DNA of 33,797 nucleotides from Bacteroidota bacterium (GTDB taxonomy: Bacteria; Bacteroidota; Ignavibacteria; Kapaibacteriales; NICIL-2): contig JBJOLU010000181.1 of NCBI GenBank assembly GCA_046052705.1, forward strand, positions 1 to 33,797. The letters are read 5' to 3'. The notes under the pieces were generated by a model, which saw only the letters and a program-made list of their open reading frames with translations, was not told the origin of the DNA and searched no databases. Of the stretch, positions 18,719 to 29,118 are shown one piece after another. Within the stretch, counting starts at the first letter, position 1; the number at the start of each line of letters is the position of its first letter. The position numbers and the translations under genes are program-made.

Positions 18719-19252
18719 TTAGGAACAGGGCAGGCACACGGTAAAGGCGGTTCCTTTGCCACGTGTGCTGTCTACCGAAATGGTTCCTTTATGATGCTCC
18801 ACAATCCTCTTCACCGTGGTTAGTCCCAAGCCCAATCCCTCCGCTTTTATCGAGAAGAACGGATTGAACACTAACCCAAGATCGTCATGAGTTATACCGC
18901 AGCCGATACCGCAGATAGGTATTCGAATCTCCTGGTTCGACGGCTGTATAATGCAATTGTGGCAAGGAGTATGGTATCTCTGTTTCCTAGCGATTGGTAA
19001 GAACTGCGGACGATGTGACAAAAATACGTTTGCCGGATTGGCGTTATCTGCCGCGATGCTTCGCAAGCCGGAAGCGATGAATAAACAGCATTTCGATGTA
19101 GTGCCCGGAGATTTGCGTCGCGAAAGCGCAGCATGCACTCGATCGAACGATGGCAAGCGAAGTTGATAAATATCCGAAACGTCCCAGTCCAGTAATGCCG
19201 CTTCCGCATCGTATGATACAACAATCAACGAGGAGTGTGGTTCGATCCACAC
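18719..19252 (-). pseudogene. Decayed sensor histidine kinase (HATPase_c remnant)
   Basis: F and G2 boxes (VFNPFFSIKAEGLGLGL..VKRIVEHHKGTISVDS..GKGT.F.V.LP) intact; G1 Asp lost; N-box-like segment lies in another frame; no H-box. Confidence 0.75.
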
Positions 19253-19438
19253 GAAGACTACAAAACAAGTTCAAAATGGATCATGATTTCATAAAGGATG
19301 CCGAGCCGAGTCCTATTTATCGTTGGGGATTTTATCGTACAGGGAATCAAAAGATAGAATGTTCAGCGTCATGCCGATTATACATCGCGTTCAGTTTCAA
19401 AGTTCTTATAGTATGCAGAGGAAAAAACAGTCCTGCAA

Positions 19439-21544
19439 CTACTTTGGCTTTTTGATAACACTATCTGCGGGAGGTGTAGACACTGTTGTATCTACAGATT
19501 GTTGCGGTATAACAAGTTGTGGGTTGGTATTGAAGTCTTGAAGAGCAGGTTTAGACATTGGTATGGGCAAACTGATCGAAGGATCTGCGCTCTGTTGTTT
19601 AGTGGGAGTAGAGGGTGCCTGCGCGGGAGCAGAGGAGTTCCGCAACGAGTCTGCCGGTGATGAAGCCGGGGATGCCGGTGTGCCCTCGCCCGGCTTGCGC
19701 AAGGGGCCCCACAACGTTGTGTCACCTTTTCCGGTTCGATTAGATACACCTACTGCCACTGCGTATCGCACGTCGTCGGCATACTCAGAGAACGGATAGC
19801 GTTTCACCAGCAAGCTGTAGTATCGCAAAGCGCTGTCGTTGTTTCGAAGTTTGTGCTCCCATACCCAACCTATTGCATACAGCGAGGGAGGGGCAAAGGA
19901 TGATGCGCTGTGATTCTCCACTATGCGATAATATTGACGTATTGCCATGGGGTAGTCTCCTACCGATCGAAACCGTGAACCGGAGCGATAGATAGCTTCC
20001 ACGGAGTCCGATACAGCATAATCAGTATAGCCCAACCGAACTCGAGATTCAGCTCCGTAGGGTGTGGAGAGGTACTGAGCAAAGATCAATTCATGAACCG
20101 AGTCTGCCAGAGCTTTGTTTTTACTATCCAACATGCGCGCATACGAGTACAAATACTGTGCTCTGGCGGTGTCACGCTGCGGAGCTGCTTCCATAGCTGT
20201 CTTGTAATAAAACTCTGCACTATCGGCATTGCCCAACAACTCATGCGCCCGGCCTAGTTCAAAAAGTGTTTCACCATGAAGACGTGCTGAGCTATCTATT
20301 CCTGCTTTTGTAGAGTCTTTGTGTTCCATGATGCCGCGAAAGATGGCATCCAGTTCCTGCAGTTTCTGCTCACGAATATTCAACAGGTTGAAAAGACTAT
20401 TGGCCCCGTCAAACACAGCACTTCGTGAAACTTTTGCCTTGGCAAAATATCGCTGAGCGTTTGGGTAGTCTTTAGCGCGGAACAGATCCATACCTCGAGC
20501 AAAGTATGCCACGTGCAGAATTGGTCCTGAGATCCCGGTGGAATCTATGTGCCGTTCAATACCGGTTAAAGAATCCTTGTTGCCCTCCAGCCTGCATATT
20601 TGGTGCATTGCAGCGGCGGTATATCCCATTTTAACATATTCATCGTTGTTGCGATTGCTCTCAAGTTGCGACAACGCTAATCGGGCTTCAAGGAATTTTC
20701 CGGACTCCGCCATAGAGAGTACTCTGTACAAGTCTGCTTCAAACTCGTTGAGCACCGTGGGCCTGTATGTATGCACTTGCGCAAGCGCCACCTCTGCTTT
20801 GGCAAATTGACGAGTGCGATAGAGCAGCAAACCCAAATCGGTTTGCCATCGCGCACGTTGCTCATCGTCTGTGCACTGCAATATTGCCTGCCTGTAAGGC
20901 CGCTGAGCTGCATCGAAGTCTCCTTGCACCATGGCCTCTTCGGCCATCAGTTGGAATGCCTCGGAGAGCACATCATATCGCTGCTGTTGCCAAGCAACGT
21001 CTACTGTTCGCGACAGCATGATCTTGGCCTTGGGAAGATTGCGTTGTATCAGATAGTTCTTCGAAGCAAGTAGGTGAGCGTCCGGTGAATAGGGCGAGTC
21101 CGGGAATTGCTCGGCTAGCTCCATGCATTTGATAGCAGAGGGAAGCCATTCGCTCCTGTAGAAGAAGGCCTTGGCCATCAGATAAATACTACCATCCACC
21201 AAGGAGCTCTTGGGATGTGTGGCAAGGATCTTTGAGCCCTTGATTATAATTGAATCCACCTTGATCTGCACCGGCTGAAGCTTAGCCGGCTTAATGATCA
21301 TGTCGTTGAGATAGCGGGGAAGGTCGTTGCCGGGCTTTTCCAAAACAATATCGGGTTCTACCGGTGCAATTGCTCTGGGCTTTGGGGGCTTGATGTAATC
21401 GTCGTATCCAAACTCCTCTTCGGTCTCGTTCATCAACTTCTTCTGGTTGTAGTACGTATTGAAATACGTCATCGAGTTGTCCCAAAAGCTACAACCACCC
21501 AACGTGAGCGAGAGAAGAATCAGCGATGTTCGAAGTTTATACAT
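19439..21544 (-). CDS. TPR lipoprotein, PorW/SprE-like with BamD/YfiO-type repeats
   Basis: Lipobox LGGC, YFNTYYN after the lipobox, HPKSSLVD/FPDSPYSPDA/YPFSEYA TPR repeats, Pro/Ser-rich tail. Confidence 0.7.
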   Translation of the reverse strand: MYKLRTSLILLSLTLGGCSFWDNSMTYFNTYYNQKKLMNETEEEFGYDDYIKPPKPRAIAPVEPDIVLEKPGNDLPRYLNDMIIKPAKLQPVQIKVDSIIIKGSKILATHPKSSLVDGSIYLMAKAFFYRSEWLPSAIKCMELAEQFPDSPYSPDAHLLASKNYLIQRNLPKAKIMLSRTVDVAWQQQRYDVLSEAFQLMAEEAMVQGDFDAAQRPYRQAILQCTDDEQRARWQTDLGLLLYRTRQFAKAEVALAQVHTYRPTVLNEFEADLYRVLSMAESGKFLEARLALSQLESNRNNDEYVKMGYTAAAMHQICRLEGNKDSLTGIERHIDSTGISGPILHVAYFARGMDLFRAKDYPNAQRYFAKAKVSRSAVFDGANSLFNLLNIREQKLQELDAIFRGIMEHKDSTKAGIDSSARLHGETLFELGRAHELLGNADSAEFYYKTAMEAAPQRDTARAQYLYSYARMLDSKNKALADSVHELIFAQYLSTPYGAESRVRLGYTDYAVSDSVEAIYRSGSRFRSVGDYPMAIRQYYRIVENHSASSFAPPSLYAIGWVWEHKLRNNDSALRYYSLLVKRYPFSEYADDVRYAVAVGVSNRTGKGDTTLWGPLRKPGEGTPASPASSPADSLRNSSAPAQAPSTPTKQQSADPSISLPIPMSKPALQDFNTNPQLVIPQQSVDTTVSTPPADSVIKKPK

Positions 21545-21628
21545 GAAGCAGAATCACCTGAGTACGAGTGTAGGAGGAGCGCATTTACGGTACCTGCATA
21601 GACAACTGCCGGCCCGAATTGTTTGACG

Positions 21629-22645
21629 CTACTCGTCGTCGCCCTGAAAATACGAAATGAGGCGGCGATCGGTGGTGGTGTTGCGATCATCGGCACGGCG
21701 CTTTATCTCTGCGTGCAAAAGGTCCGAAAACTCACGTGCAGCATTGTATCCGTATGTGCGCAGCAAATAGTTCAATGCTATTACTTCCGAAATCACGGTA
21801 ATATTCTTCCCGGGGAAAATCGGCAGCTTCACCGTGTGAATGGGCACTCCCATAACATCTGCCGGCGTATCGTCCAGACCGGCCCGCTCATATTCCTTGG
21901 ATGGATCCCAATCTTCAAGTTCAACCACAATCTCCAATCGCTTTTGAAAGCGTATCGCACGTATACCGAACATCTGACGCACATCGATGATGCCCAGTCC
22001 ACGTATCTCCATGAAGTGTTTTACCAAATTCGTTCCCGTTCCCATGAGCACGGAGTCCCGTTTTTTGGTAAGCATCACTACGTCGTCGGCTACAAGCCTG
22101 TGCCCGCGCTCCACAAGGTCGAGAGCAATTTCACTTTTGCCGATTCCGCTGCGGCCCACAAAGAGAATGCCTACACCATATACGTCCACAAACGAGCCGT
22201 GCACCACACCCTGAGTGGCGAATTGATCGTCCAGAAACTCAGAGATGAGATGTATTGCATTGGTGGTTTCGAATTGCGTTTGGAGCACGGGTATACTGTG
22301 ATCGGAAGCAATCTTCAACAATCGATCTTCCAGAACATTGCCATGTGTAAGCAGGATACACGGTACGTTACGATCAGCGATGTTGATAAATGCTTCCACC
22401 CGAGCATCGTCCGAAAGCATGCGCAGATAGTGGCACTCTGTGTTGCCAAGCAGCTGCACTCTGTGGCTGGTAAACAATGAGGTAAAGCCCGTCAGGGCTA
22501 ACTGCGGACGGTGAATGTTGCCATCGTGAATCAGATTATCCAAGCCCACATCCACATTCAGATGCGTTAGGTTCAACGGCGACTCCATGAGCTGTTGTAC
22601 CGAGATTGTTTCCTTCGTTACGATTTGTATGCTGTCCGAATTCAT
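21629..22645 (-). CDS. hprK: HPr(Ser) kinase/phosphorylase
   Basis: HGSFVDVYGVG, Walker A GRSGIGKSE, RGHRLVADD, MEIRGLGII; ATG 22645 preferred. Confidence 0.96.
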   Translation of the reverse strand: MNSDSIQIVTKETISVQQLMESPLNLTHLNVDVGLDNLIHDGNIHRPQLALTGFTSLFTSHRVQLLGNTECHYLRMLSDDARVEAFINIADRNVPCILLTHGNVLEDRLLKIASDHSIPVLQTQFETTNAIHLISEFLDDQFATQGVVHGSFVDVYGVGILFVGRSGIGKSEIALDLVERGHRLVADDVVMLTKKRDSVLMGTGTNLVKHFMEIRGLGIIDVRQMFGIRAIRFQKRLEIVVELEDWDPSKEYERAGLDDTPADVMGVPIHTVKLPIFPGKNITVISEVIALNYLLRTYGYNAAREFSDLLHAEIKRRADDRNTTTDRRLISYFQGDDE

Positions 22646-22892
22646 GATGCGCTCTGCGTTGGTTAAACACCTATGGCAAATTACAATTCCATAGCATGCT
22701 TCAAGCCGGTGTATATATAGAACTTCCACGCCACCGATCCAAGCGAACGTTCCGGACGGAAACTCAGCAGGAGTAAAGCTGTGAGAAAATCAAAAAGAAA
22801 CAAAGAGCAAGAAGTGCAACAATTGTCCGAGTACAGCGTCTAATTCATGTCTAATCAGTGTCTAAACCGGGATACTTCCCGCACAATACTTT

Positions 22893-24272
22893 ATGAGCAT
22901 GCGATTCCCCTTTTCCCGTACACAGCAGTTCGTTCGGCTTCTCATGTTGCTGAGCTTTTCTTTTGTGCCTCTTGCGGCGCAGGTGAAGGGCACCGAAAAA
23001 GTTCTGACTCTGGAGGAATGTTTGCGCATTGCATCCGAAAAGAATTTTGGTGTGCGCAGCGCTCAAGGGCAGTACGAAGCGCAGAGCGCTACCTTAGTTC
23101 AAGCCTTTGGGACCTTTCTTCCTTCCATCAATGCATCCATGGGATTCACCCGACAGTTGAACGTGGAAGGTGGACGAACAGTGAACATCGGCGGGCAGAT
23201 TATCACATTGCCCGGTGTTCAGCCGAATTCGTATTCTATGAATGCTATAGCGTCGTACAATCTATTCAACGGCTTTACTCGTGAATCCGGCTACAGACGT
23301 GCGCAGCGCAATCTGGATGCAGCCGAGTTGTCGCTTCGCAGAACACGCCAAACGGTTTCCTATCAAGTTCGTTCGCAATTCCTCGGCGTATTGCGCGCCG
23401 CTCAAGTGCGGAAGTTGCGCGAAGACAACCTTGAACTTGGCAGGCAGGAACTCGAACGTTCCAAAGCACAGCTGGATGCCGGCCGTATTGCCATTGCGCA
23501 GGTATACAGCCAGGAGGCGGAGCTTGGAAGCAGAGAGTTTGATGTAGTAAGCGCAGAGAACGCAGAGAATCAATCCAAAGCACAGTTACTTTCTACACTT
23601 GCTTTGCCGCCAAACATGCCGGCCGAGTTCACGGAGTCGTCGTTTAATGTTCAGATGCCGGCCTCGGCGGTGGGAGATTTTCGTCGTGATATCGGTGGTA
23701 CGTCCACAGCAATGGAAACCGCGCTTCGCAATCGCCCCGATTATGCTTCTTCCTTGTCCGGAGTGCAAGCTGCGGATGAAGGAATATCCGCTGCACGGGG
23801 TAATTACTTTCCCAATCTTAATGCCTCCGGCGGATGGTCGTGGACGAACTCCAGTTTTGATGGCTTTAGTGCCAATGGTCGCTACTTCGTCGGTATGAAT
23901 TTGAGCGTGCCCATCTTCGACAACTTCAATGCCGCAACGCAAACACAGCTTGCAAGTATTGAGTACCGCCAGCGAGATATTGAGCGCGCCCTGCGCGAGC
24001 AGCAGGTACGAACAGAAGTACAGAGCGCACTACTGAATTTGGATGCCGCCGAGAAGCAGCTGGAGATAACAAGCCGCTCGGTAAAGTCGGCCACACAGAA
24101 TTACGAAGCAATGAAAGAGCGTTTGAACGTGGGTGCTGCAACGCCCGTTGAATACCAAATGGCAAATACATTGTTGGTGTCGGCGAAGATCAACCGCATT
24201 AATTCGGTATACAATTATTACGACGCTCAAGAACAAGTGCGATTGGCACTGGGAATTCTGCGAGAGAACTAG
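22893..24272 (+). CDS. TolC-family outer membrane channel
   Basis: Signal peptide, LTLEECLRIA, FLPSINAS and YFPNLNAS repeats, ALRNRPD, LSVPIFD. Confidence 0.92.
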   Translation: MSMRFPFSRTQQFVRLLMLLSFSFVPLAAQVKGTEKVLTLEECLRIASEKNFGVRSAQGQYEAQSATLVQAFGTFLPSINASMGFTRQLNVEGGRTVNIGGQIITLPGVQPNSYSMNAIASYNLFNGFTRESGYRRAQRNLDAAELSLRRTRQTVSYQVRSQFLGVLRAAQVRKLREDNLELGRQELERSKAQLDAGRIAIAQVYSQEAELGSREFDVVSAENAENQSKAQLLSTLALPPNMPAEFTESSFNVQMPASAVGDFRRDIGGTSTAMETALRNRPDYASSLSGVQAADEGISAARGNYFPNLNASGGWSWTNSSFDGFSANGRYFVGMNLSVPIFDNFNAATQTQLASIEYRQRDIERALREQQVRTEVQSALLNLDAAEKQLEITSRSVKSATQNYEAMKERLNVGAATPVEYQMANTLLVSAKINRINSVYNYYDAQEQVRLALGILREN

Positions 24273-24331
24273 AGAACGAAGCTAAAGAAACAGTAGACGG
24301 TGAATTAAGGTACATCACACAGAGTAATGTT

Positions 24332-25591
24332 ATGTCAAAGAAAAGTATCGGTAAAAAGAAGATTGCAATCATCGCTATCGTTGTTGTAGCGGTAGCCGCC
24401 GTTCTCCTGGCGGTGTTTGGACGCGGTGATAAAGCTACCACGGTAACGGTAGAAAACGTGAGCCGCCGCACCATCACCGAAACTGTATCGGCAATCGGAA
24501 AGATTCAGCCCGAAACAGAAGTGAAGATTTCCTCCGAGGCAAGCGGCGAGGTGATTTACGTGGGTGCAAAAGAAGGCGACTCTATCCGCAAAGGTCAGCT
24601 GCTTGTGCGTATTCAGCCCGACCTCATCGAAACGCAAGTGGATCAATTCAGAGCAGCACTTGCTTCCGCCAAGGTGGGAATAGAAATTGCCAAAGCCGAA
24701 CTTGAGCGCGCCGAGGCCGACATGAAACGTGTACTGGCTTTGTATCAAAAGCAGTTTGCCTCCAAGCAAGAGATGGAAACATCAAAGGCCGCCTACGAAC
24801 GAGCGCAGGGACAATATCAAACTGCCCTCACCGAGAAATCGCGCACAGAAGCAGCATTGAAACAGATTTCGGTATCTCTTTCCCGAACATCGATCTATGC
24901 TCCTATCGGAGGCGTGCTTACCAAGCTGGATATTGAACAGGGCGAGAAAGTGGTAGGGACCGCACAAATGCAGGGAACAGAGATGATGCGCATCTCGGAT
25001 CTCAACGTCATGAATGCTATCGTGGATGTAGATGAGAATGATGTGGTGAAGGTGCACGTTGGCGATACGGCCCGCGTCAAAATCGACGCGTATCCCAATC
25101 GTGAGTTTCTTGGATATGTGGCCGAGGTATCTCACTCACCGAAGCAAAAGGGCATTGGAACGCAAGATGAGGTGATAAACTTTGAAGTGAAGATTCGCCT
25201 TGTAGATAAAGAAGTGACACTGCGCCCCGGCATGAGCTGTAGCGTAGAGATCGAGACAGAAACTCATAGCAATGTTCTTTCGGTGCCCTTGCAATCTATT
25301 ACCATTCGCTCCGATGCCAAGAAGATCGCCGAGTCATCGGACGAAATGGCCACAACCAGCGTTCGCGAAACAAAGCGCCGTGATATGCGCCCGCCGCAGG
25401 TGGTGTTCGTGGTAGAGAATGGCAAAGTACGTATGGTGACAATAGAATCCGGCCTTAGCGACAGCGATTTCATCGAGGTGAAAAGTGGCTTGAGGGAAGG
25501 GCAAACAGTTGTGAGCGGCTCTTACAACACCATATCTAAAGTTCTGCGTGATAGTATGTCGGTGGTAGTAGAGAACACAAAAAAGAAATAG
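24332..25591 (+). CDS. MacA-like periplasmic adaptor (membrane fusion protein)
   Basis: N-terminal TM, SAIGKIQP..EVKISSEASG, KEGD.I.KGQLL, IYAPIGG, LRPGMS, GLREGQ.VV. Confidence 0.92.
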   Translation: MSKKSIGKKKIAIIAIVVVAVAAVLLAVFGRGDKATTVTVENVSRRTITETVSAIGKIQPETEVKISSEASGEVIYVGAKEGDSIRKGQLLVRIQPDLIETQVDQFRAALASAKVGIEIAKAELERAEADMKRVLALYQKQFASKQEMETSKAAYERAQGQYQTALTEKSRTEAALKQISVSLSRTSIYAPIGGVLTKLDIEQGEKVVGTAQMQGTEMMRISDLNVMNAIVDVDENDVVKVHVGDTARVKIDAYPNREFLGYVAEVSHSPKQKGIGTQDEVINFEVKIRLVDKEVTLRPGMSCSVEIETETHSNVLSVPLQSITIRSDAKKIAESSDEMATTSVRETKRRDMRPPQVVFVVENGKVRMVTIESGLSDSDFIEVKSGLREGQTVVSGSYNTISKVLRDSMSVVVENTKKK

Positions 25592-25600
25592 AAATTTGAT

Positions 25601-26371
25601 ATGGCAGATACTAGCGAACTCCTGAAGATTGATCATATCTCCAAAGTGTACACGATGGGGGATGAAGAAGTGCATGCATTGCGCGACATTTCTCTTACCA
25701 TCAACAAGAACGAGTATGTGGCAATCATGGGACCTTCCGGATCGGGAAAGTCCACGCTTATGAACATGCTCGGGTGCTTGGATTCGCCAACGTCCGGAAC
25801 CTACAGTCTTGCCGGCGAGGACGTGAGCACCATGAACGATTCGGAATTGGCTGCTGTACGAAACAAGCAGATAGGGTTTGTGTTCCAAACATTTAACCTG
25901 CTTCCCAGAGCCACAACATTGAAGAATGTTGAGCTGCCGTTGGTCTATGCCGGTGTAAAAACCGATGAACGCCGCCGCCGCGCCGAAGAAGCGCTTAAGA
26001 GCGTTGGTCTTGCAGACAGAATGATGCACAGGCCGAACGAACTCTCGGGAGGTCAACGACAGCGCGTGGCTATCGCTCGCGCTCTGGTTACGAATCCGGC
26101 GATTATCCTTGCCGATGAGCCCACCGGAAATCTCGATTCCAAAACCAGCACGGAAATCATGCGTTGGTTCGAGGAAATCTGGCTTCGCGGTAATACCGTG
26201 ATTGTGGTAACTCACGAAGACGAAGTAGCCCGTCATGCACGGAGAATTATTCGTATTCGCGATGGCAACGTGGAAAGTGATACACGTAACGACAACCCGG
26301 TAACGCTCTCAGCTGCAGGTGCCGCTGTGCCTTCAGCTGCATCTTCACCTTCACCTAGTTCGGTAGTGTAA
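25601..26371 (+). CDS. ABC transporter ATP-binding protein (MacB/LolD type)
   Basis: [49 protein letters not shown]. Confidence 0.96.
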   Translation: MADTSELLKIDHISKVYTMGDEEVHALRDISLTINKNEYVAIMGPSGSGKSTLMNMLGCLDSPTSGTYSLAGEDVSTMNDSELAAVRNKQIGFVFQTFNLLPRATTLKNVELPLVYAGVKTDERRRRAEEALKSVGLADRMMHRPNELSGGQRQRVAIARALVTNPAIILADEPTGNLDSKTSTEIMRWFEEIWLRGNTVIVVTHEDEVARHARRIIRIRDGNVESDTRNDNPVTLSAAGAAVPSAASSPSPSSVV

Positions 26372-26504
26372 GAGGAAGTACCTAAGGCATACCCATAATT
26401 GGTGTCTCTTGAGCTAAGCTGCTTTTATTCTGTTCATTGCTATTGTTCGTCGTGTAATCAATGTGTGTAGTGTTTTAACTGTCCTTTCTGTTTGAAGATC
26501 CCGC

Positions 26505-27749
26505 ATGATCATTTCCGAATTCATAGAGTCATTCCGTATAGCGTTCGATGCTCTGCGCGCCAATAAACTGCGTGCGGTATTGACCATGCTCGGGGTGGTG
26601 ATTGGAATTGCTGTGGTGACACTCATGGGATGGGCGCTGAATTCACTGGATGCTGCGTGGAACTCAACCATCGAAATGCTTGGTAACGACATGCTCTACG
26701 TGGATAAATGGGATTGGGCCGGCGGAAGAAACTGGCGGCAAACATCGGCGCGTAAGAACATTACCATAGAGCAGGCGGAAGAATTGCAGCGGCGAATTCG
26801 ATCGGCAGAGCTTGTGATTCCCATGGCGAGTTTCTGGGGCCGAACCTTGATTGTTGACGATCAAAAAGCCAGCGGCTTTACCGTTACCGGAGTGCGTGCA
26901 CAGTACGCTCAAACAGCTGCAGGCGATGTGGCCGACGGGCGATTCCTCACCGAGGCCGAGGATCAGTTTCATCAAGATGTGGTGGTGGTTGGATACGGAG
27001 TGAAAAAACTGTTTTTCCCGCAGGATGATCCTATCGGTCGAACACTGAAGATTGGCGGTAGGCGATTTACCATTATCGGCGTGATCGCAAAACGAGGATC
27101 GGCGTTGATGGACTTTGTTGACAATCAAGTTTTCATTCCTCTCAACACATTCTTTTCGGTATACGGTGTGTCCTCGCGGCCCATTTCCATTGCGGTAAAA
27201 GCGGGCTCGCCCGAACGCTTGGATGACGTGCGTTCCGAAACCATAGGAACCATGCGGGTTGTACGGGGATTGCGTCCGGAGCAGGATGAAGATTTTTCGA
27301 TCAACGAGACTCAAGCATTCCGTGATCAGGTGGCGCAGATTCGTCTTGCCATTTGGGGCATCGGCTTGTATCTCACCGTGATGAGTTTTGTGGTAGGAAT
27401 GATCGGCATTATGAATGTCATGTTCGTTTCGGTAACGGAGCGAACCAAGGAAATAGGTGTGCGTAAGGCCATCGGCGCAACACGACGATCTATTCTGTTC
27501 CAGTTCCTTCTTGAAGCGGCCTCGCTGTGTATGGTTGGTGCGCTGGTAGCCATTGCGCTTTGTTCGCTCCTTGCTGCGGGCATTTACCTGCTCTTCCACG
27601 AAAAAGCTGCCTTTCTTACTCCCTATGTTCCGCCGCAGATTCTCTTGATATCCATAACTGTGTCTATTGTGGTTGGTATGCTTGCAGGGTTGCTGCCGGC
27701 GTTACGAGCTGCATCCATGAATCCGGTGGAAGCTTTGCGCTACGAGTAG
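26505..27749 (+). CDS. ABC transporter permease (MacB/FtsX type) 1
   Basis: NKLRAVLTMLGVVIGI, GIMNVMFVSVTERTKEIGVRKAIGA, PVEALRYE. Confidence 0.95.
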   Translation: MIISEFIESFRIAFDALRANKLRAVLTMLGVVIGIAVVTLMGWALNSLDAAWNSTIEMLGNDMLYVDKWDWAGGRNWRQTSARKNITIEQAEELQRRIRSAELVIPMASFWGRTLIVDDQKASGFTVTGVRAQYAQTAAGDVADGRFLTEAEDQFHQDVVVVGYGVKKLFFPQDDPIGRTLKIGGRRFTIIGVIAKRGSALMDFVDNQVFIPLNTFFSVYGVSSRPISIAVKAGSPERLDDVRSETIGTMRVVRGLRPEQDEDFSINETQAFRDQVAQIRLAIWGIGLYLTVMSFVVGMIGIMNVMFVSVTERTKEIGVRKAIGATRRSILFQFLLEAASLCMVGALVAIALCSLLAAGIYLLFHEKAAFLTPYVPPQILLISITVSIVVGMLAGLLPALRAASMNPVEALRYE

Positions 27750-27801
27750 ACGAAGTGATAAAATGTTGAACAGCCATACCAAAGAACGATAACAACAACG
27801 C

Positions 27802-29031
27802 ATGAATTACTGGGAAACCATAACATCGGCCGTAACATCCATTCGCGCTAATCTGCTGCGATCGGTGCTGACGTTGTTGAGCATTGCGCTTGGAACATTT
27901 GCTATCATTTCTGTTGGAGTTTCCACCACAACGCTGGAGAAATCGGTGGTGGGAGCGCTGGACGAAGTGGGCGGAAACTCGTTTGTTATTCAACGCACAC
28001 CATCCATTCAAATGGGATCGTCGTGGAGAAAGTTTCAGCGTCGCCCAATTATCACACTCACCCAGGCCGAAGAATACAAACGCAGAATCGGTGATCAAGC
28101 GCTGGTCGCAATTTCCGATCGCGACTTTGGTAAAACTATAAAGACGGGGAATCTTAGCACCGACCCCGATGTAACGGTGTTCGGTGTTGATGAACATTAT
28201 TTCGTGGTGCGCAACAAAAACGTGTCCGCAGGCCGGCCATTGTATGGCGAAGACGTGTTTGCCTCGCGCAACGTGGCTGTGATTGGAAACGATGTGGCCG
28301 TAAAGCTGTTTCCTCAGGGAAACGCGGTAGGTCAGCAGATAACTATCGACAATCTGCGTCTTGAGGTGGTTGGCGTGGTGACGGCTCAGGGAGCGGTGCT
28401 GGGGCAAAGTCAGGACAACGAAGTGTATATTCCGCTTAACGTGTATGTACGTCGTTTTGCCAGTGAATCATACTTTACCGCAACATTGTCTGTTAAAGCT
28501 CCCGATGCAACCACCTTCGCCGAGGTGTTCGACGAGTCTATAGGAGTGATGCGCACCGTGCGCGGTTGCAAGCCATGGGATGATAATAATTTTGAGATCG
28601 AAGACAATTCAGCAATTAAAGATCAGTTCACCACCTTCATCGATTTTGCCGCCTATTTCGCTGCGTTCATTGCCAGTTTTTCTCTTGCTGCTGCCGGTGT
28701 GGGTATCATGAACATCATGCTTATTTCGGTGAAAGAGCGCACGCGAGAAATAGGACTGCGCAAAGCCATTGGCGCCAAGAGCACATCCATACTCTTTCAG
28801 TTTCTTCTTGAAGCGGTAACTCTCTGCCAATTGGGAGGGCTTATAGGTTTGGCAGGAGGAATAGTGATTGTACTCATCGTTGCTGCCTTTACCTCAATAG
28901 CATTTGTTATACCGTGGTCGTGGGTGCTGGTGAGTATAGTGTTTTGCACGGTGGTGGGGCTTGCCTTTGGTGCCTATCCGGCGTGGAAAGCGGCACAGTT
29001 GAACCCAATAGATGCTCTTCGCTACGAGTAG
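27802..29031 (+). CDS. ABC transporter permease (MacB/FtsX type) 2
   Basis: NLLRSVLTLLSI, GIMNIMLISVKERTREIGLRKAIGA, NPIDALRYE. Confidence 0.95.
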   Translation: MNYWETITSAVTSIRANLLRSVLTLLSIALGTFAIISVGVSTTTLEKSVVGALDEVGGNSFVIQRTPSIQMGSSWRKFQRRPIITLTQAEEYKRRIGDQALVAISDRDFGKTIKTGNLSTDPDVTVFGVDEHYFVVRNKNVSAGRPLYGEDVFASRNVAVIGNDVAVKLFPQGNAVGQQITIDNLRLEVVGVVTAQGAVLGQSQDNEVYIPLNVYVRRFASESYFTATLSVKAPDATTFAEVFDESIGVMRTVRGCKPWDDNNFEIEDNSAIKDQFTTFIDFAAYFAAFIASFSLAAAGVGIMNIMLISVKERTREIGLRKAIGAKSTSILFQFLLEAVTLCQLGGLIGLAGGIVIVLIVAAFTSIAFVIPWSWVLVSIVFCTVVGLAFGAYPAWKAAQLNPIDALRYE

Positions 29032-29118
29032 AGTATGAGGTCTGCACACAAGCAGTGGTGCTGCTTCCAAGGGTTGGGACGAATGCCATGATTGTTGGCA
29101 ACAGATAAAGATGCAGCG

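Noticed and set aside
21623-22480. 285-aa plus-strand ORF antisense to hprK
   Set aside because: Shadow ORF of a conserved gene with no recognisable motifs
25334-27599. 300-aa and 311-aa minus-strand ORFs opposite the ABC ATPase and permease
   Set aside because: Typical antisense open frames produced by codon bias; no independent evidence
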